64,000 nucleotides of DNA, taken from NCBI GenBank assembly GCA_963718035.1, contig CAVQYD010000018.1, positions 301 to 64,300 on the forward strand, written 5' to 3'. This DNA comes from an uncultured Alphaproteobacteria bacterium. GTDB lineage: Bacteria; Pseudomonadota; Alphaproteobacteria; Rhizobiales; Xanthobacteraceae. Positions 29,736 through 39,503 of the stretch are shown here, piece by piece. A model generated the notes under the pieces. It was given only the letters and a program-made list of their open reading frames with translations. It did no database searches and was not told the DNA's origin. Position 1 is the first letter of the stretch, and each line of letters starts with the position of its first letter. The position numbers were made by a program, and so were the translations under genes.

Positions 29736-30722
29736 GTGCGCCGACGGGACTTCATCAGGATTATTGCGGGTTCAGCGGCCGGTTGGCCGCTCGCGGCACA
29801 AGCCCAACTCGACCGGAAACGGCGCGTGGGCGTATTGCTCGGCATTCCCGAAAATGATCCTGAAACGAAATCTCGCATCAGGGCATTTCGATTGGGCATG
29901 CGCGATGCGGGTTGGGTCGAAGGACGTAACATCGAGATTGAATTCAGGTACGGGACTGATCGCGACACCATCAAAAAGTATGTTGCGGAGCTGATCCGGT
30001 TGGCCCCGGACGTTATATTGGCAAATTCCACCCCTGTTATGGCCGCGCTCCGGCCGGCGACAAACACCATTCCGATTGTTTTCGTCGTGGTGAATAACCC
30101 GGTCGGTCAGGGGTTCATTTCAAATCTTACGAACCCGGGCGGCAACGTCACCGGTTTCTCATTCATCGAGCCTGAAATAGTCGGCAAGTGGATCAATCTG
30201 CTGAGTGACGTGAAGCCCGATCTGTCGCAGGTCGCGTTGATGTTTAACCCGGATACCGCAGGCTACTACGATGCCTACCTTCGCTCATTCAAAGCATCGC
30301 CGCAGCAATCTAAAGTCGAGGTGCAGGCAGCGCACGTGCGGAGTGAAGGTGAACTCGAGCGGGCGATTGCAGGATTGGCTCGCGAGCAGCGTGCTGGTTT
30401 GATCGTCGCGGCAGATCCCTTCACCGTCGGCATGCGCGCCGTGATTTTGAAATCAGCAGAGCAGCACCGCGTTCCGCTGATATCCCCTTACAGGCAATTT
30501 GTCCTCGGGGGAGGTCTGATGTCTTATGGGCCTGATACTGTCGATATTTTCCGACGTTCAAGCGCGTATGTTGATCGCATTCTCAAAGGCGAACGAGCGG
30601 GCAATCTGCCAGTACAGTCACCGGATAAGTTCGAGCTCGTCGTCAATCTTAAAACGGCCAGAGGTCTCGGCCTGTCGGTACGCGAATCCTTTTTGCTCCT
30701 GGCTGACGATGTGATCGAATAA
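29736..30722 (+). CDS. ABC substrate-binding protein, paralogue 3
   Basis: GTG start, RRRDFI..PGGNVTG..ADDVIE. Confidence 0.93.
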   Translation: MRRRDFIRIIAGSAAGWPLAAQAQLDRKRRVGVLLGIPENDPETKSRIRAFRLGMRDAGWVEGRNIEIEFRYGTDRDTIKKYVAELIRLAPDVILANSTPVMAALRPATNTIPIVFVVVNNPVGQGFISNLTNPGGNVTGFSFIEPEIVGKWINLLSDVKPDLSQVALMFNPDTAGYYDAYLRSFKASPQQSKVEVQAAHVRSEGELERAIAGLAREQRAGLIVAADPFTVGMRAVILKSAEQHRVPLISPYRQFVLGGGLMSYGPDTVDIFRRSSAYVDRILKGERAGNLPVQSPDKFELVVNLKTARGLGLSVRESFLLLADDVIE

Positions 30723-30729
30723 AGCTGCA

Positions 30730-30757
30730 ATGGCCGCGTCGGGCACTAAGCGGACAT
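30730..30757 (-). repeat. palindromic repeat (C, reversed)
   Basis: atggccgcgtc-gggcac-taagcggacat, 8 bp after the SBP stop. Confidence 0.8.
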
Positions 30758-30771
30758 GCGCCGAGCAGCGA

Positions 30772-31569
30772 TTATCTTCCAGCGAGCGGCGCGCCCCAGT
30801 CGAACTTGTAGTTCACGCCGACTTTGACAACTTAAATCTTTTGCCTGATGTCCTCGTCGAATGGAACCGTAAAGGGCAGCGTGCTGGTAGGGGTGAGTAG
30901 AATGCGCTCGGTTCCAAAATCCATATAATTGTACTCGGCCTTGACGGACCAATTTTGCGCAAGGGCGTACTCGATACCGGCGCCGACCATCCAGCCCCAC
31001 CGCGTTTCGTCCGCTGTCGCAAATTTAAAGCCTGCTAACGGCTGGCTGGGAGCAAGTGTCACCCAGTAATCGTTGTGCGCAAAAGCGGCGCCACCTTTGG
31101 CATAAAGCAGCACCCGATCCCAAGCCACTCCCACGCGGGGCGCCACAGTGCCGATGAAGTTCGTGCGGCTATGAAGGACTTCCTGGGTCGGGAACGCGAG
31201 ATCCACACTGTCTCCATGGATTCGTGTTGCGCCGAACTCAGCCTCGATGCCCCAGACCCATTGCCCGATCTGGTAGTTGAATCCGACCTGGCCGCCGGCA
31301 AGCCAACTTGTTCCGCTATGGCCTCCTTGCGCCAGATTGCACGGTTCGGCGATAAGGAGGTTCGTCGCGGAGCATGGGTAGAACCAGTCCTTGTCGGACC
31401 TCGCGCCGCCGCCGTGAATGCCGGCATAGAATCCGGTCCAGCTGTACAACGCTGGTGCCGGTGGCGGCGCCTTATAGACCGGCCTTGTCATATCGGCCGC
31501 CAGGACCGTCGCCGCCGACGCAACAGTAAAAGCCGTCGCCGACGCCAATGTCAGGAAAATGCGCTGCAT
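30772..31569 (-). pseudogene. Omp25/RopB-family outer-membrane protein with a premature stop
   Basis: AADM..YKAPP..SWTGFYAG..GWMVGAGIEY; in-frame TAA at 30832-30834 followed by VVKVGVNYKFDWG. Confidence 0.8.
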
Positions 31570-31768
31570 GCTTCCAACCTCCGCTTCCAGGGCTGTCACT
31601 TGCCCACTCAGGTCGCAGATATCGGCCAGCAAACGAACCAGTGGAGGTATGCGGTAATCCACAAAGCCAAGGCCAATCCGTGCGTTCGGCGAGGATGGCG
31701 CAAAAGTCTTAACCAATAATTTACCATGCCGCCGTCGCCGCTGGCGCGGTGATCGATCAGCCGGGCTG

Positions 31769-31841
31769 ATGTCCGTTATTGGCCCTAAGCGGACATTCAA
31801 CTCGCGCCGATGAATGTCCGCTTTTGACCCAAAGTGGACAT
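31769..31841 (-). repeat. palindromic repeat cluster (reversed: C', A')
   Basis: atgtccgttat-tggccc-taagcggacat; atgtccgcttt-tgaccc-aaagtggacat. Confidence 0.9.
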
Positions 31842-31863
31842 CGGCTGGCCTCTCGCCAGTCCC

Positions 31864-31893
31864 TTCCAGGGTGCTCGATTGACGCGATACAAT
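31864..31893 (+). promoter_or_regulatory. conserved repeat-adjacent promoter-like motif
   Basis: TTCCAG-N18-TACAAT. Confidence 0.6.
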
Positions 31894-31919
31894 CTCCTTC
31901 CCAAGCGTCGGGGGCGGCA

Positions 31920-32907
31920 ATGAGGCGGCGCGAGTTCATTACTCTTCTCTGTGGCGTGGCTGTCGCTATGCCGATTTCGGCGCATGCACAAAAGCCCGAA
32001 AGTGTCCGTCGAAATCGGCGTGCTGATACCCTTCGAAGAACGTGATCCTCAGGTGCAAGCCCTTTGGCCGGTCTTCAAGCGGCGTCTTCACGAGCTCGGC
32101 TGGATCGAAGGTCGTCAAGTTCACTTCGATTTCCGATTTGGACAGAGTGCAGAAAGCATCCGCATTGGAGCTGGCGAACTGATCGCAAGCTCGCCGGATC
32201 TCATCGTTGTCTGGTCCAATCTAGCCGTGGCTCCGCTGCGCCAAGCGACGAAGACTATCCCGGTTGTCTTCACGCAGGTGTCCGATCCCGTAGAGAGCGG
32301 CTTCGTTGCCAACCTTGCGCGTCCGGGTGGAAATATAACCGGGTTCCAAAACTTTGAGCCTGCAATTGGCGGAAAATGGTTGGAAATACTCAAGGAGATC
32401 GCACCTCGGGTGCGCCGCGTAGCTTTCATCTACAATGAGAAGGTCGCCGCCAATACTGCGATCCTGCGCGCGGCCGAGGCTGCTTCTGCCTCACTGGGGA
32501 TGACGGTTACTGCAACCCCACTGCACGATGCCGCTGACATTGAACGTATCCTGACGGCAATCGCGCGAGAACCGAATAGCGCCCTCATTGTTGCTCCGAA
32601 CCCGTTCAATTCGGCGAACCGCGAACTCATCACCACATTGGCTACTCGACTGGGTCTGCCTGCAATCTACCCGTTCCGTCTCTTTGCAGAAGTTGGAGGG
32701 TTGGTCTCCTATGGGGTCGACAGGTTCGAGCAACAGCGGGGAGCAGCGGGTTACGTTGATCGTATTCTGAAAGGAGAGAAGCCCGCCGACCTGCCGGTGC
32801 AGGCGCCGGCGAAATACGAGCTCGTGATCAATCTCAAAACGGCGAAGGCGCTCGCTCTTGATGTTTCTGCACAACTTCAGCAGCGAGCGGACGAGGTAAT
32901 CGAATAA
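31920..32907 (+). CDS. ABC substrate-binding protein, paralogue 4 (frameshift near 32000)
   Basis: MRRREFITLLCG in one frame; the body, to ADEVIE, in the next frame. Confidence 0.88.
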
Positions 32908-33012
32908 ATTCGGCGATGTCCGCTATTGATGCTGTGGACGGCGCCCACTCTGCGGCATCGAAAGTGCCATAGGGTGGTTGCGTGAAGCGAACCACATTGA
33001 GGGGAGCCGTCC

Positions 33013-34043
33013 ATGGGCGAGGTTAGCACGATCGGTCTCGATATTGCGAAGTCGGTATTTCAGGTGCATGGCGTTGATGCCGCGGGCCAGGTGGTCATCC
33101 GCCGTCAGTTGAAGCGGCGTTATGTGCTGGCGTTCTTTGAGAAGCTGCCACCATGCCTGGTGGGCATCGAAGCCTGTGCCTCGTCGCATCACTGGTCGCG
33201 TGAGCTCAAGGCGCTCGGCCACACTGTAAAACTGATGCCACCGGCCTACGTGAAGCCCTACGTCAAACGGCAGAAGAATGATGCCACAGACGCGGAGGCA
33301 ATCTGCGAAGCGGTGACCAGGTCGAATATGCGCTTTGTCGCCACCAAGACGCCCGAGCAGCAGAGCGGTCTGACGCTGCATCGCACGCGGCATCTGTTCA
33401 TCCGCCAGCAGACCGCGGTGATCAATGTGATCCGGGCTCACCTGGCCGAGTTCGGGATTGTCGCGCCGGTCGGACGCAAGGGTGTCGAGACGCTACTCGA
33501 TGTCGTCGCCAATCCAGCTGACGAGCGAGTTCCTGTGATAGCGCGTGCGTGTCTCGCAGCACTTGGGGCTCAACTGCGCAGGCTCAAGGAGCAGATTTGG
33601 AGTTCGACCGTTTGATCATGGCTTGGCATCGATCGCATGAGGCGAGCAGGCGGCTCGATGCGATCCCCGGCGTCGGCCCAGTGCTGGCCACCGCCCTGGT
33701 CGCCAGCATCGCTGACCCCAAGGCCTTTCGCTCAGGCCGCAACTTCTCGGCCTGGATTGGGCTGGTGCCGAAGCAGCACTCGAGCGGGGGCAAGGACAGG
33801 CTCGGGAGTATCAGCAAACAAGGCGACCGCTATCTGCGCAGCCTGTTCATGGCCGGCGCGCTCGCCGTCATTCGCTATGCGAGGATCCACGGCCCCAGGC
33901 ATCGGCCGTGGCTCACGGCATTGTTGGCGCGGCGGCCGACCAAGATCGCCGCCATCGCACTCGCCAACAAGATTGCGCGGATGGTCTGGGTGCTGATGGC
34001 CAGGGGCGAGCGCTACAAGGAACCCGTCGCGCTTGCCGCATAA
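33013..34043 (+). CDS. IS110-family transposase (frameshift near 33600)
   Basis: IGLDIAKSVFQVHG, GIEAC, QKNDATDAEAICEA, IPGVG, SSGGKDRLGSISKQGDRYLR. Confidence 0.93.
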
Positions 34044-34290
34044 ACGAGATCGCGTCGGGCTATCTGGCGTGATGTGAAGGTTGGGAGGGCGAACAGCACG
34101 TAATGCAGAGCCGGTCGATCCGGCGATCAGGACAACCCACTTGTGCCAGCGCATGGTCGAATGCGTGCTTTTGATCGGGACCTGATCCGCGGAGGGCATT
34201 ATGGCCAGCGGCCCCGTGTGCCGCACGCAAAGGCCGAACACATGGCTGCACCGACCAATCTGCAAACGTGAAGAAAGCTCTTGCCAACTC
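34044..34290 (+). ncRNA. putative bridge/seek RNA of IS copy 1
   Basis: Stem gatcagg/cctgatc encloses gtgcca (34143) and gcttttg (34167), matching the target; gcatta (34196) and acacatg (34238) match the IS circle junction. Confidence 0.65.
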
Positions 34291-34428
34291 GGCGCCGTCC
34301 ACACATGGCACTTAGCGGACATTTCATTTGCCCTGCAATGTCCGCTTTCGGGGGTAAAGCGGACATGGCGATTGCACTGCGAAATGTCCGCTAATGACCC
34401 AAAGCGGACATTGCGGCAATCCGGCCCC

Positions 34429-34458
34429 TTCCAGTGTGCTAGTTTGAACCGGTACGAT
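34429..34458 (+). promoter_or_regulatory. conserved repeat-adjacent promoter-like motif
   Basis: TTCCAG-N18-TACGAT, containing tttgaaccgg. Confidence 0.6.
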
Positions 34459-34487
34459 GCCGTGTCCTAAGCCTCTCGGGGGCGGCA

Positions 34488-35471
34488 ATGAGGCGGCGCG
34501 ATTTCATCAAGTTTATTGCTGGCTCAGCGGCCGCGTGGCCGCTCGCGGCGTCCGCGCAGCAAGCCGCCAAAATGCTCAAGGTTGGCTACCTGTGGCACGC
34601 CAGCAGCGCAAAGGAGGAATATCCATATTATGACGCGGTAATCGAGGGCTTCGCGAAGCTCGGTTACGTCAACGGCCGCAACATTGTATTGGAACATCGT
34701 TTCCCCGATGAAAGGCCCGAGCGTTTTGCGAGCATGGCCGCCGAACTTGTCGCCATGAGTCCGGACGTCCTGATGGGTGGTTCGATCGCATCGTTTTATT
34801 TGCAGGCCGCAACCAAAACAATTCCGATTGTCTTTTCGTTCGTCCCTGATCCGGTGGGGATGAAACTGGTTGCAAGCCTCGCTCGCCCCGGCGGCAATAT
34901 TACCGGCCTGTCGAATTTCGGACGGGACATCGCTGGTAAGCGCCTGCAACTTCTGAAAGAGATAGTGCCGGGACTGTCCCGTGTAGCAATGCTAATCAAT
35001 TCAAATCAACAGAGTGCCTCCATGTATGTCGAGGTCACGCGAGCTGCCGCTGGCGACCTCGGGGTGACCATTGAAGCGTTCGATGCGCGGTCACGCGAGG
35101 AACTAGCCGGAACCTTTGACGCAATGGTGAGGACCGGTATGCAGGCAATGATACCGGCCCAGGGTGGTACCGCGTTCCAATGGCGCACGGTCATCCCAAA
35201 ATTGGCGCTCGACCATCGCTTGCCGCTGTGTGCCTTTTCGCGCGAAACTTTTGAGCATGGCGCACTAATTTCGTACGGGCCGGACCAGATTGAGATGTGT
35301 CGCCGTTCGGCAGCCTTCGTCGATAAAATCCTCAAAGGCGCGAAACCGAGTGACATCCCTGTGGAACAACCGACAAAATTTGAATTTTTCGTCAATCGCG
35401 GGACTGCAAAGGCGCTCGGATTGACCATTCCGGTGGCGATGCTCGCTACGGCAGACGAGGTGATCGAATAG
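34488..35471 (+). CDS. ABC substrate-binding protein, paralogue 5
   Basis: MRRRDFIKFIAG..SLARPGGNITG..ADEVIE. Confidence 0.93.
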   Translation: MRRRDFIKFIAGSAAAWPLAASAQQAAKMLKVGYLWHASSAKEEYPYYDAVIEGFAKLGYVNGRNIVLEHRFPDERPERFASMAAELVAMSPDVLMGGSIASFYLQAATKTIPIVFSFVPDPVGMKLVASLARPGGNITGLSNFGRDIAGKRLQLLKEIVPGLSRVAMLINSNQQSASMYVEVTRAAAGDLGVTIEAFDARSREELAGTFDAMVRTGMQAMIPAQGGTAFQWRTVIPKLALDHRLPLCAFSRETFEHGALISYGPDQIEMCRRSAAFVDKILKGAKPSDIPVEQPTKFEFFVNRGTAKALGLTIPVAMLATADEVIE

Positions 35472-35480
35472 CACCGCGCG

Positions 35481-35507
35481 ATGTCCGCTAATGACCCAAA
35501 GCGGACA
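35481..35507 (-). repeat. palindromic repeat (A, reversed)
   Basis: atgtccgctaa-tgaccc-aaagcggaca. Confidence 0.9.
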
Positions 35508-35630
35508 AGCAAAAATTTGAGGTGGTGGTGTGGTGGTGGTGCTCGGGGTGAGTTCCGACGAAATCAAAACGTCAGGCTATAGCCATCCAATGGTCAGACT
35601 GCGGTCATCTTCACGCGTAGGATTCTGTCC

Positions 35631-35855
35631 ATGCGAAACAGCACGAGAGTGGAAATCATGGCGTTGTACTTAGATCCGGAGACTGTCGCTCTCTTGAGAG
35701 AGACCCTAGACGATGCCTGGGCCTGCCTTCCGCCGGAGCAGCAAGCCACGATGCAGAAGACCACGCTGGCCGTACGCATCCTCAAATCCGCAGCTCAGGG
35801 CGAACGTGACCGTAAGCGCTTGCGTGATGCTGCGCTGAGGGATCTTGCCGCCTAA
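35631..35855 (+). CDS. small hypothetical protein
   Basis: LDPETVALLRETLDDAW..LAVRILKSAAQGERD..RLRDAAL. Confidence 0.7.
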   Translation: MRNSTRVEIMALYLDPETVALLRETLDDAWACLPPEQQATMQKTTLAVRILKSAAQGERDRKRLRDAALRDLAA

Positions 35856-35913
35856 TCCAAAAAACACTCCACGAACTCTAGACTTTAAAAGCCCCGGCAA
35901 TGTTCCGGGGGTT

Positions 35914-35967
35914 GGCCTCACGGTTCCTCGTTCACTGCTCGCGCGTGCCGACGAGGTAATCGAGTGA
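35914..35967 (+). pseudogene. 3' remnant of an ABC substrate-binding gene
   Basis: Translates GLTVPRSLLARADEVIE* with no upstream gene body; a repeat starts 8 bp later. Confidence 0.85.
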
Positions 35968-35974
35968 ATGCGGA

Positions 35975-36047
35975 ATGTCCGCTTCTGGCCCTTAGCGGAC
36001 AGTCAAATCGCGCCGCCGGATGTTCGCTTTCGGGGGCAAAGCGGACA
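35975..36047 (-). repeat. palindromic repeat cluster (reversed: C', B')
   Basis: atgtccgcttc-tggccc-ttagcggaca; atgttcgcttt-cgggggc-aaagcggaca. Confidence 0.9.
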
Positions 36048-36059
36048 CCAATCCCGCAT

Positions 36060-37043
36060 CTACCTGATGACGTGATCGGCCGCGGCGACCAGCTGCGCGG
36101 GAATGGTGAGACCGATCATCTGCGCCGTCCTCAGGTTGGCGACGATCTCGAATTTTGCCGGCGCCTGCACCGGCATGTCGGCGGGCTTTTCGCCCTTGAG
36201 GATGCGATCGATGCTGCCTGCCGCGCGGTGGTACTGGTCGATCGTGTCGGGAGCGTAGGAGATCAGGCCGCCTTCGGTCACGAAGAACCGGCTGAAGTAG
36301 ACCGCGGGCAATTTATGCCGCGCCGCCAGCGCAACGAGCCGTTCGCGGGCGAGCGCCGAGAACTGGTTGGGCGTCACGATCAGGCCGCCGTCCGCGCCCG
36401 CAAAATTTGCCAGGAAGCGCTCGAGCTCCGCGCTGTCGCGTGCATCGACCGGGGTCACCTGCACGTTGAAAGACGGCGCCGCCTTCTCGATGCCGCTCAG
36501 CACGTGCCTCCAGGTCGACCGCATGGGATCCTGAACGACCGCCACGCGCGTCACGTTCGGCGCAATCTGCTTGAGCAATTCAAGCCACTTCACGCCGATG
36601 CCCGGTTCGAACTCGACATAGCCCGTGAAGTTGCCGCCGGGCTTTTCCATGCTCGCGATCAGCCTGCGGCTGACCGGATCGCTCGTGCCCATGAACACGA
36701 CCGGCACTGTGCCGGTCGCCTCCTGCAATGCGCTCGCGCTCGATGCGCTGGCCGCCAGAATGACCTCGGGATTGAGCCCGACCAGCTCCTGCGCAAATCG
36801 CTTTAAAAGGCTGTCGTTGTTGGCCCAGCGATACTCGATCTGCAGGTTGTGACCGGGCTTCCAGCCCTGTTTTTCCATGCCCTGCTCGAAAGCGGAGGCC
36901 CACACGCGCGCTTGCGGGTCGTTCTCTGCAATGCTCATCAGCGCGCCAACGCGCCGCATCTCGGTTGATTGCTGCGCGCGCGCGGCGAGCGGCCACAACA
37001 CAGCCGTTCCGCCGAGCAATGTGATGAAATCGCGGCGCCTCAT
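36060..37043 (-). CDS. ABC substrate-binding protein, paralogue 6
   Basis: MRRRDFITLLGG..KPGGNFTG..AADHVIR. Confidence 0.92.
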   Translation of the reverse strand: MRRRDFITLLGGTAVLWPLAARAQQSTEMRRVGALMSIAENDPQARVWASAFEQGMEKQGWKPGHNLQIEYRWANNDSLLKRFAQELVGLNPEVILAASASSASALQEATGTVPVVFMGTSDPVSRRLIASMEKPGGNFTGYVEFEPGIGVKWLELLKQIAPNVTRVAVVQDPMRSTWRHVLSGIEKAAPSFNVQVTPVDARDSAELERFLANFAGADGGLIVTPNQFSALARERLVALAARHKLPAVYFSRFFVTEGGLISYAPDTIDQYHRAAGSIDRILKGEKPADMPVQAPAKFEIVANLRTAQMIGLTIPAQLVAAADHVIR

Positions 37044-37170
37044 GTGACCCCCCATTTGACGCCAGCAATGGCGAGATCAGGTCTCGCGCAAGCTGCGCCC
37101 AGGCTCGTCTTTTACGGGTCGCAGGACGCGGCGGCTGTGCTGCCGGTCACAAAAGTCGTTATTGCAGGCT

Positions 37171-37437
37171 TTAGTAGTTCTGGCCCTTTCGGGCCTTGCG
37201 CTTCGGCTCCGTCGTCTGAGGTGTCGCGTAAGGGCTCGGATTGCACCATCCGCGACTGCCCGACAGCACATGCGGCCGGCATTCCTCGATCGAGTTGTAC
37301 TGGCAGTCCCAATAGACACTGTCACTGGAGGTGGTCAGGACGGCACACCACGGAGCCTCACGCGCCGCGACCGGCTGCGCGCTCCAGGGAATCGAGATCG
37401 CTACGGCCGCAAGCGCCAAAACCGCTGCACGGATCAT
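37171..37437 (-). CDS. DUF3551 family secreted protein (second copy)
   Basis: EAPWCAV..YWDCQYNSIEECRP.VL.G.RGWCNP.P, clearly paralogous to 23527..23778. Confidence 0.85.
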   Translation of the reverse strand: MIRAAVLALAAVAISIPWSAQPVAAREAPWCAVLTTSSDSVYWDCQYNSIEECRPHVLSGSRGWCNPSPYATPQTTEPKRKARKGQNY

Positions 37438-37504
37438 GACGGCCTCCTTTTTCTTTCGTCGCTGTGCGGATAAACACCGCACGAGCATTGTTATTCAAAG
37501 CATA

Positions 37505-37533
37505 ATGTCCGGCTTGTGATGCATAGCGGACAT
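37505..37533 (-). repeat. palindromic repeat (divergent, probably A reversed)
   Basis: atgtccggcttg-tgatgc-atagcggacat, followed by TTCCGG-N18-TATGAT at 37542-37571. Confidence 0.75.
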
Positions 37534-37600
37534 CGTCACCCTTCCGGTATGCGGGTCCAAGTTGGTATGATGCCCTCCTCTGGTAAATGTGGGGCGCGTG

Positions 37601-38533
37601 ATGATCAATTACCCATTCGCAGCTATCGCGGCCATTTATGCCGGTTCCTTCACCTATCTGTATCAACGGTGCAGCGACCGGCTTCCGCTTCACAAATATT
37701 TTTCCAACCACGTTTTGTTGCTTGCGCCGCTGAATTTCCTTTTCACTTTTTTCACGGTCGGACGGCAGGGTGCCGTATTTGAACCGAGGTCCGTTCCCGG
37801 GCTCGAAACGATCAAGGAGAATTACGAGGTTATTCGCAGCGAAGCCAAAGTGCTGCTCGACACGGGTGTCTTTCAGCGCCCGCCGGCCGTCGACGAGCCC
37901 GGATACAACACGTTCGAAAAGGGCGGTTGGCGGCTTTATCCTCTCAAGTGGTACACGAAGGAATGCGGCCGATCAGCGGTTGCGGCGTGCCCGAAAACCT
38001 GCGCCATCATGGATTCAATTCCCGCCGTTCGATCCGCAATGTTCACGGTGCTTCCGCCCGGAGCGCGGCTTGGCCGTCACCATGATCCCATTGCTTCGTC
38101 CCTTCGCTATCATCTGGGGCTGCTGACGCCGAATTCCGAAAAATGCGCATTGACCCTTGATGGGGTCGAATACCCCTGGAGGGATGGCGAGGAATTGCTG
38201 TTCGACCAGACCTACCTGCACAGCGCCGTCAACCGGACGGACATTGTCCGGGTCATACTGTTTTGCGATGTCGAAAAGACCCAGCTCCGGGGGCCTGTCA
38301 AACGCCTTGCAGACGCGGTCAACAATGCGCTGGTTGCCAAATTTACCGGCGCCAATGACCAGGGCAAACTGTCGTGGGTCTCCTGGGCCTACAAACCGAT
38401 TTACAAAGTCCGTTCTTTTGTGAAGGAACAGATCAAGCCGAGAAGTCTCCTCGCTTATAATGTCATCAAGTACGGCAGCATCGCACTGCTCGTGTTCTTG
38501 CTCTATTTGGCGTTGCGATCCGTTCAGATCTAG
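37601..38533 (+). CDS. aspartyl/asparaginyl beta-hydroxylase domain protein (LpxO-like)
   Basis: GWRLYPLKWY, CPKT, AMFTVLPPG, HHDP..SLRYHLGL, W.DGEELLFDQTYLH, RVILFCDV. Confidence 0.85.
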   Translation: MINYPFAAIAAIYAGSFTYLYQRCSDRLPLHKYFSNHVLLLAPLNFLFTFFTVGRQGAVFEPRSVPGLETIKENYEVIRSEAKVLLDTGVFQRPPAVDEPGYNTFEKGGWRLYPLKWYTKECGRSAVAACPKTCAIMDSIPAVRSAMFTVLPPGARLGRHHDPIASSLRYHLGLLTPNSEKCALTLDGVEYPWRDGEELLFDQTYLHSAVNRTDIVRVILFCDVEKTQLRGPVKRLADAVNNALVAKFTGANDQGKLSWVSWAYKPIYKVRSFVKEQIKPRSLLAYNVIKYGSIALLVFLLYLALRSVQI

Positions 38534-38590
38534 GGTGGACCCCTGCTCGCAAAAGACGTCCAAAAATGGACTCTCGCCGCACTGATCGGC

Positions 38591-39376
38591 GTGACGGCCG
38601 CCTGGTTCGTTGTTCCGGCCGCAGCGGACGATGGCGAGACTTGCGTGCGCGGATCCGGCGACGCTGCCATCGCGGCCTGCACGCGCCTCCTCAAGTCCGG
38701 CCGGTATAACAAGAGCAATCTCGCCCTCATCTACAGCAACCGCGCCAATCAATGGGAGCGTAAGGGCGATTTCGACAAGGCCATGCAGGATCATGCCGAG
38801 GCGATCCGCACCGACCCGGCTTACGCCGCGGGATACATGCATCGCGGCAATCTTCACGCCCGCCGTGGCGACTACGACCGCGCGATTGCCGATCACACCG
38901 AAGCGATCCGGATCGACCCCGCCTACGCCAATGGATTTTACAACCGCGGCCTGACCTACAGCCGCAAGGGCGACCACGAGCGCGCGATCGCGGATTTCAC
39001 GAAAGGCATCGAGCTGAACGCCAACAGCTCGCAGCTGTGGGGCCAACGCTGCTGGTCGCGCGCCGTTATCGGCAAGCAATTGCAGGAGGCGGTTGACGAC
39101 TGCACCAAGGCCGGCAGCCTGGCCCCGAAGATTCCGCAGATCTTTGCCTATCGCGGATTTGCCTATCTGAAGCTCGGGCAATTCGACAAGGCGCTCGCCG
39201 ACTACGATGCGGCCTTCGCGCTGACGAAAAGCGCCGACCACGCCGATTGGCTCTATGTCCGCGGCGTGACCAAATTGAAAAAGGGCGACGCAACGGGCGG
39301 CAACGCGGACATCGCGAGCGCAAAGGCAATGAAGGCCGACATCGCGGAAGAATACGCGACGTACGGGATAAAGTAG
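38591..39376 (+). CDS. TPR-repeat exported protein
   Basis: Repeated Y.NRG..Y...GD.DRAIAD.TEAI..DP units. Confidence 0.88.
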   Translation: MTAAWFVVPAAADDGETCVRGSGDAAIAACTRLLKSGRYNKSNLALIYSNRANQWERKGDFDKAMQDHAEAIRTDPAYAAGYMHRGNLHARRGDYDRAIADHTEAIRIDPAYANGFYNRGLTYSRKGDHERAIADFTKGIELNANSSQLWGQRCWSRAVIGKQLQEAVDDCTKAGSLAPKIPQIFAYRGFAYLKLGQFDKALADYDAAFALTKSADHADWLYVRGVTKLKKGDATGGNADIASAKAMKADIAEEYATYGIK

Positions 39377-39421
39377 GCGTCCGCGGGGCACGGTCGCTCG
39401 GGGTCATAAACGCAAAAAGTC

Positions 39422-39452
39422 ATGTCCCGCTTTACCCCCCGAAGGCAGGCAT
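39422..39452 (+). repeat. palindromic repeat (degenerate B)
   Basis: atgtcccgcttt-accccccg-aaggcaggcat. Confidence 0.7.
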
Positions 39453-39503
39453 CAAGAAAGTACATTGTGGTACAAACATTTGAATGAATGTGGAGAGTTG
39501 GCC

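Larger units (their letters stand above)
32929..34307 (+). mobile_element. IS110-family (IS1111-type) insertion sequence 1
   Basis: Subterminal inverted repeats tgtggacggcgcc (32933-32945) and ggcgccgtccaca (34291-34303); TG core at both junctions; long 3' non-coding region. Confidence 0.92.
32916..34411 (-). repeat. palindromic repeat cluster (reversed: C' split by an IS, B', A')
   Basis: atgtccgctattg|IS|gcacttagcggacat; atgtccgcttt-cgggggt-aaagcggacat (34338); atgtccgctaa-tgaccc-aaagcggacat (34384). Confidence 0.9.

Noticed and set aside
35521-35541. GGT microsatellite
   Set aside because: Short, interrupted and intergenic, with no evidence of function.
38015-39391. Long antisense ORFs (458 aa here; also 51754..52971, 51291..52409 and the 5' extension of 8890..10413)
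   Set aside because: High-GC shadow frames of recognisable genes on the other strand or frame.
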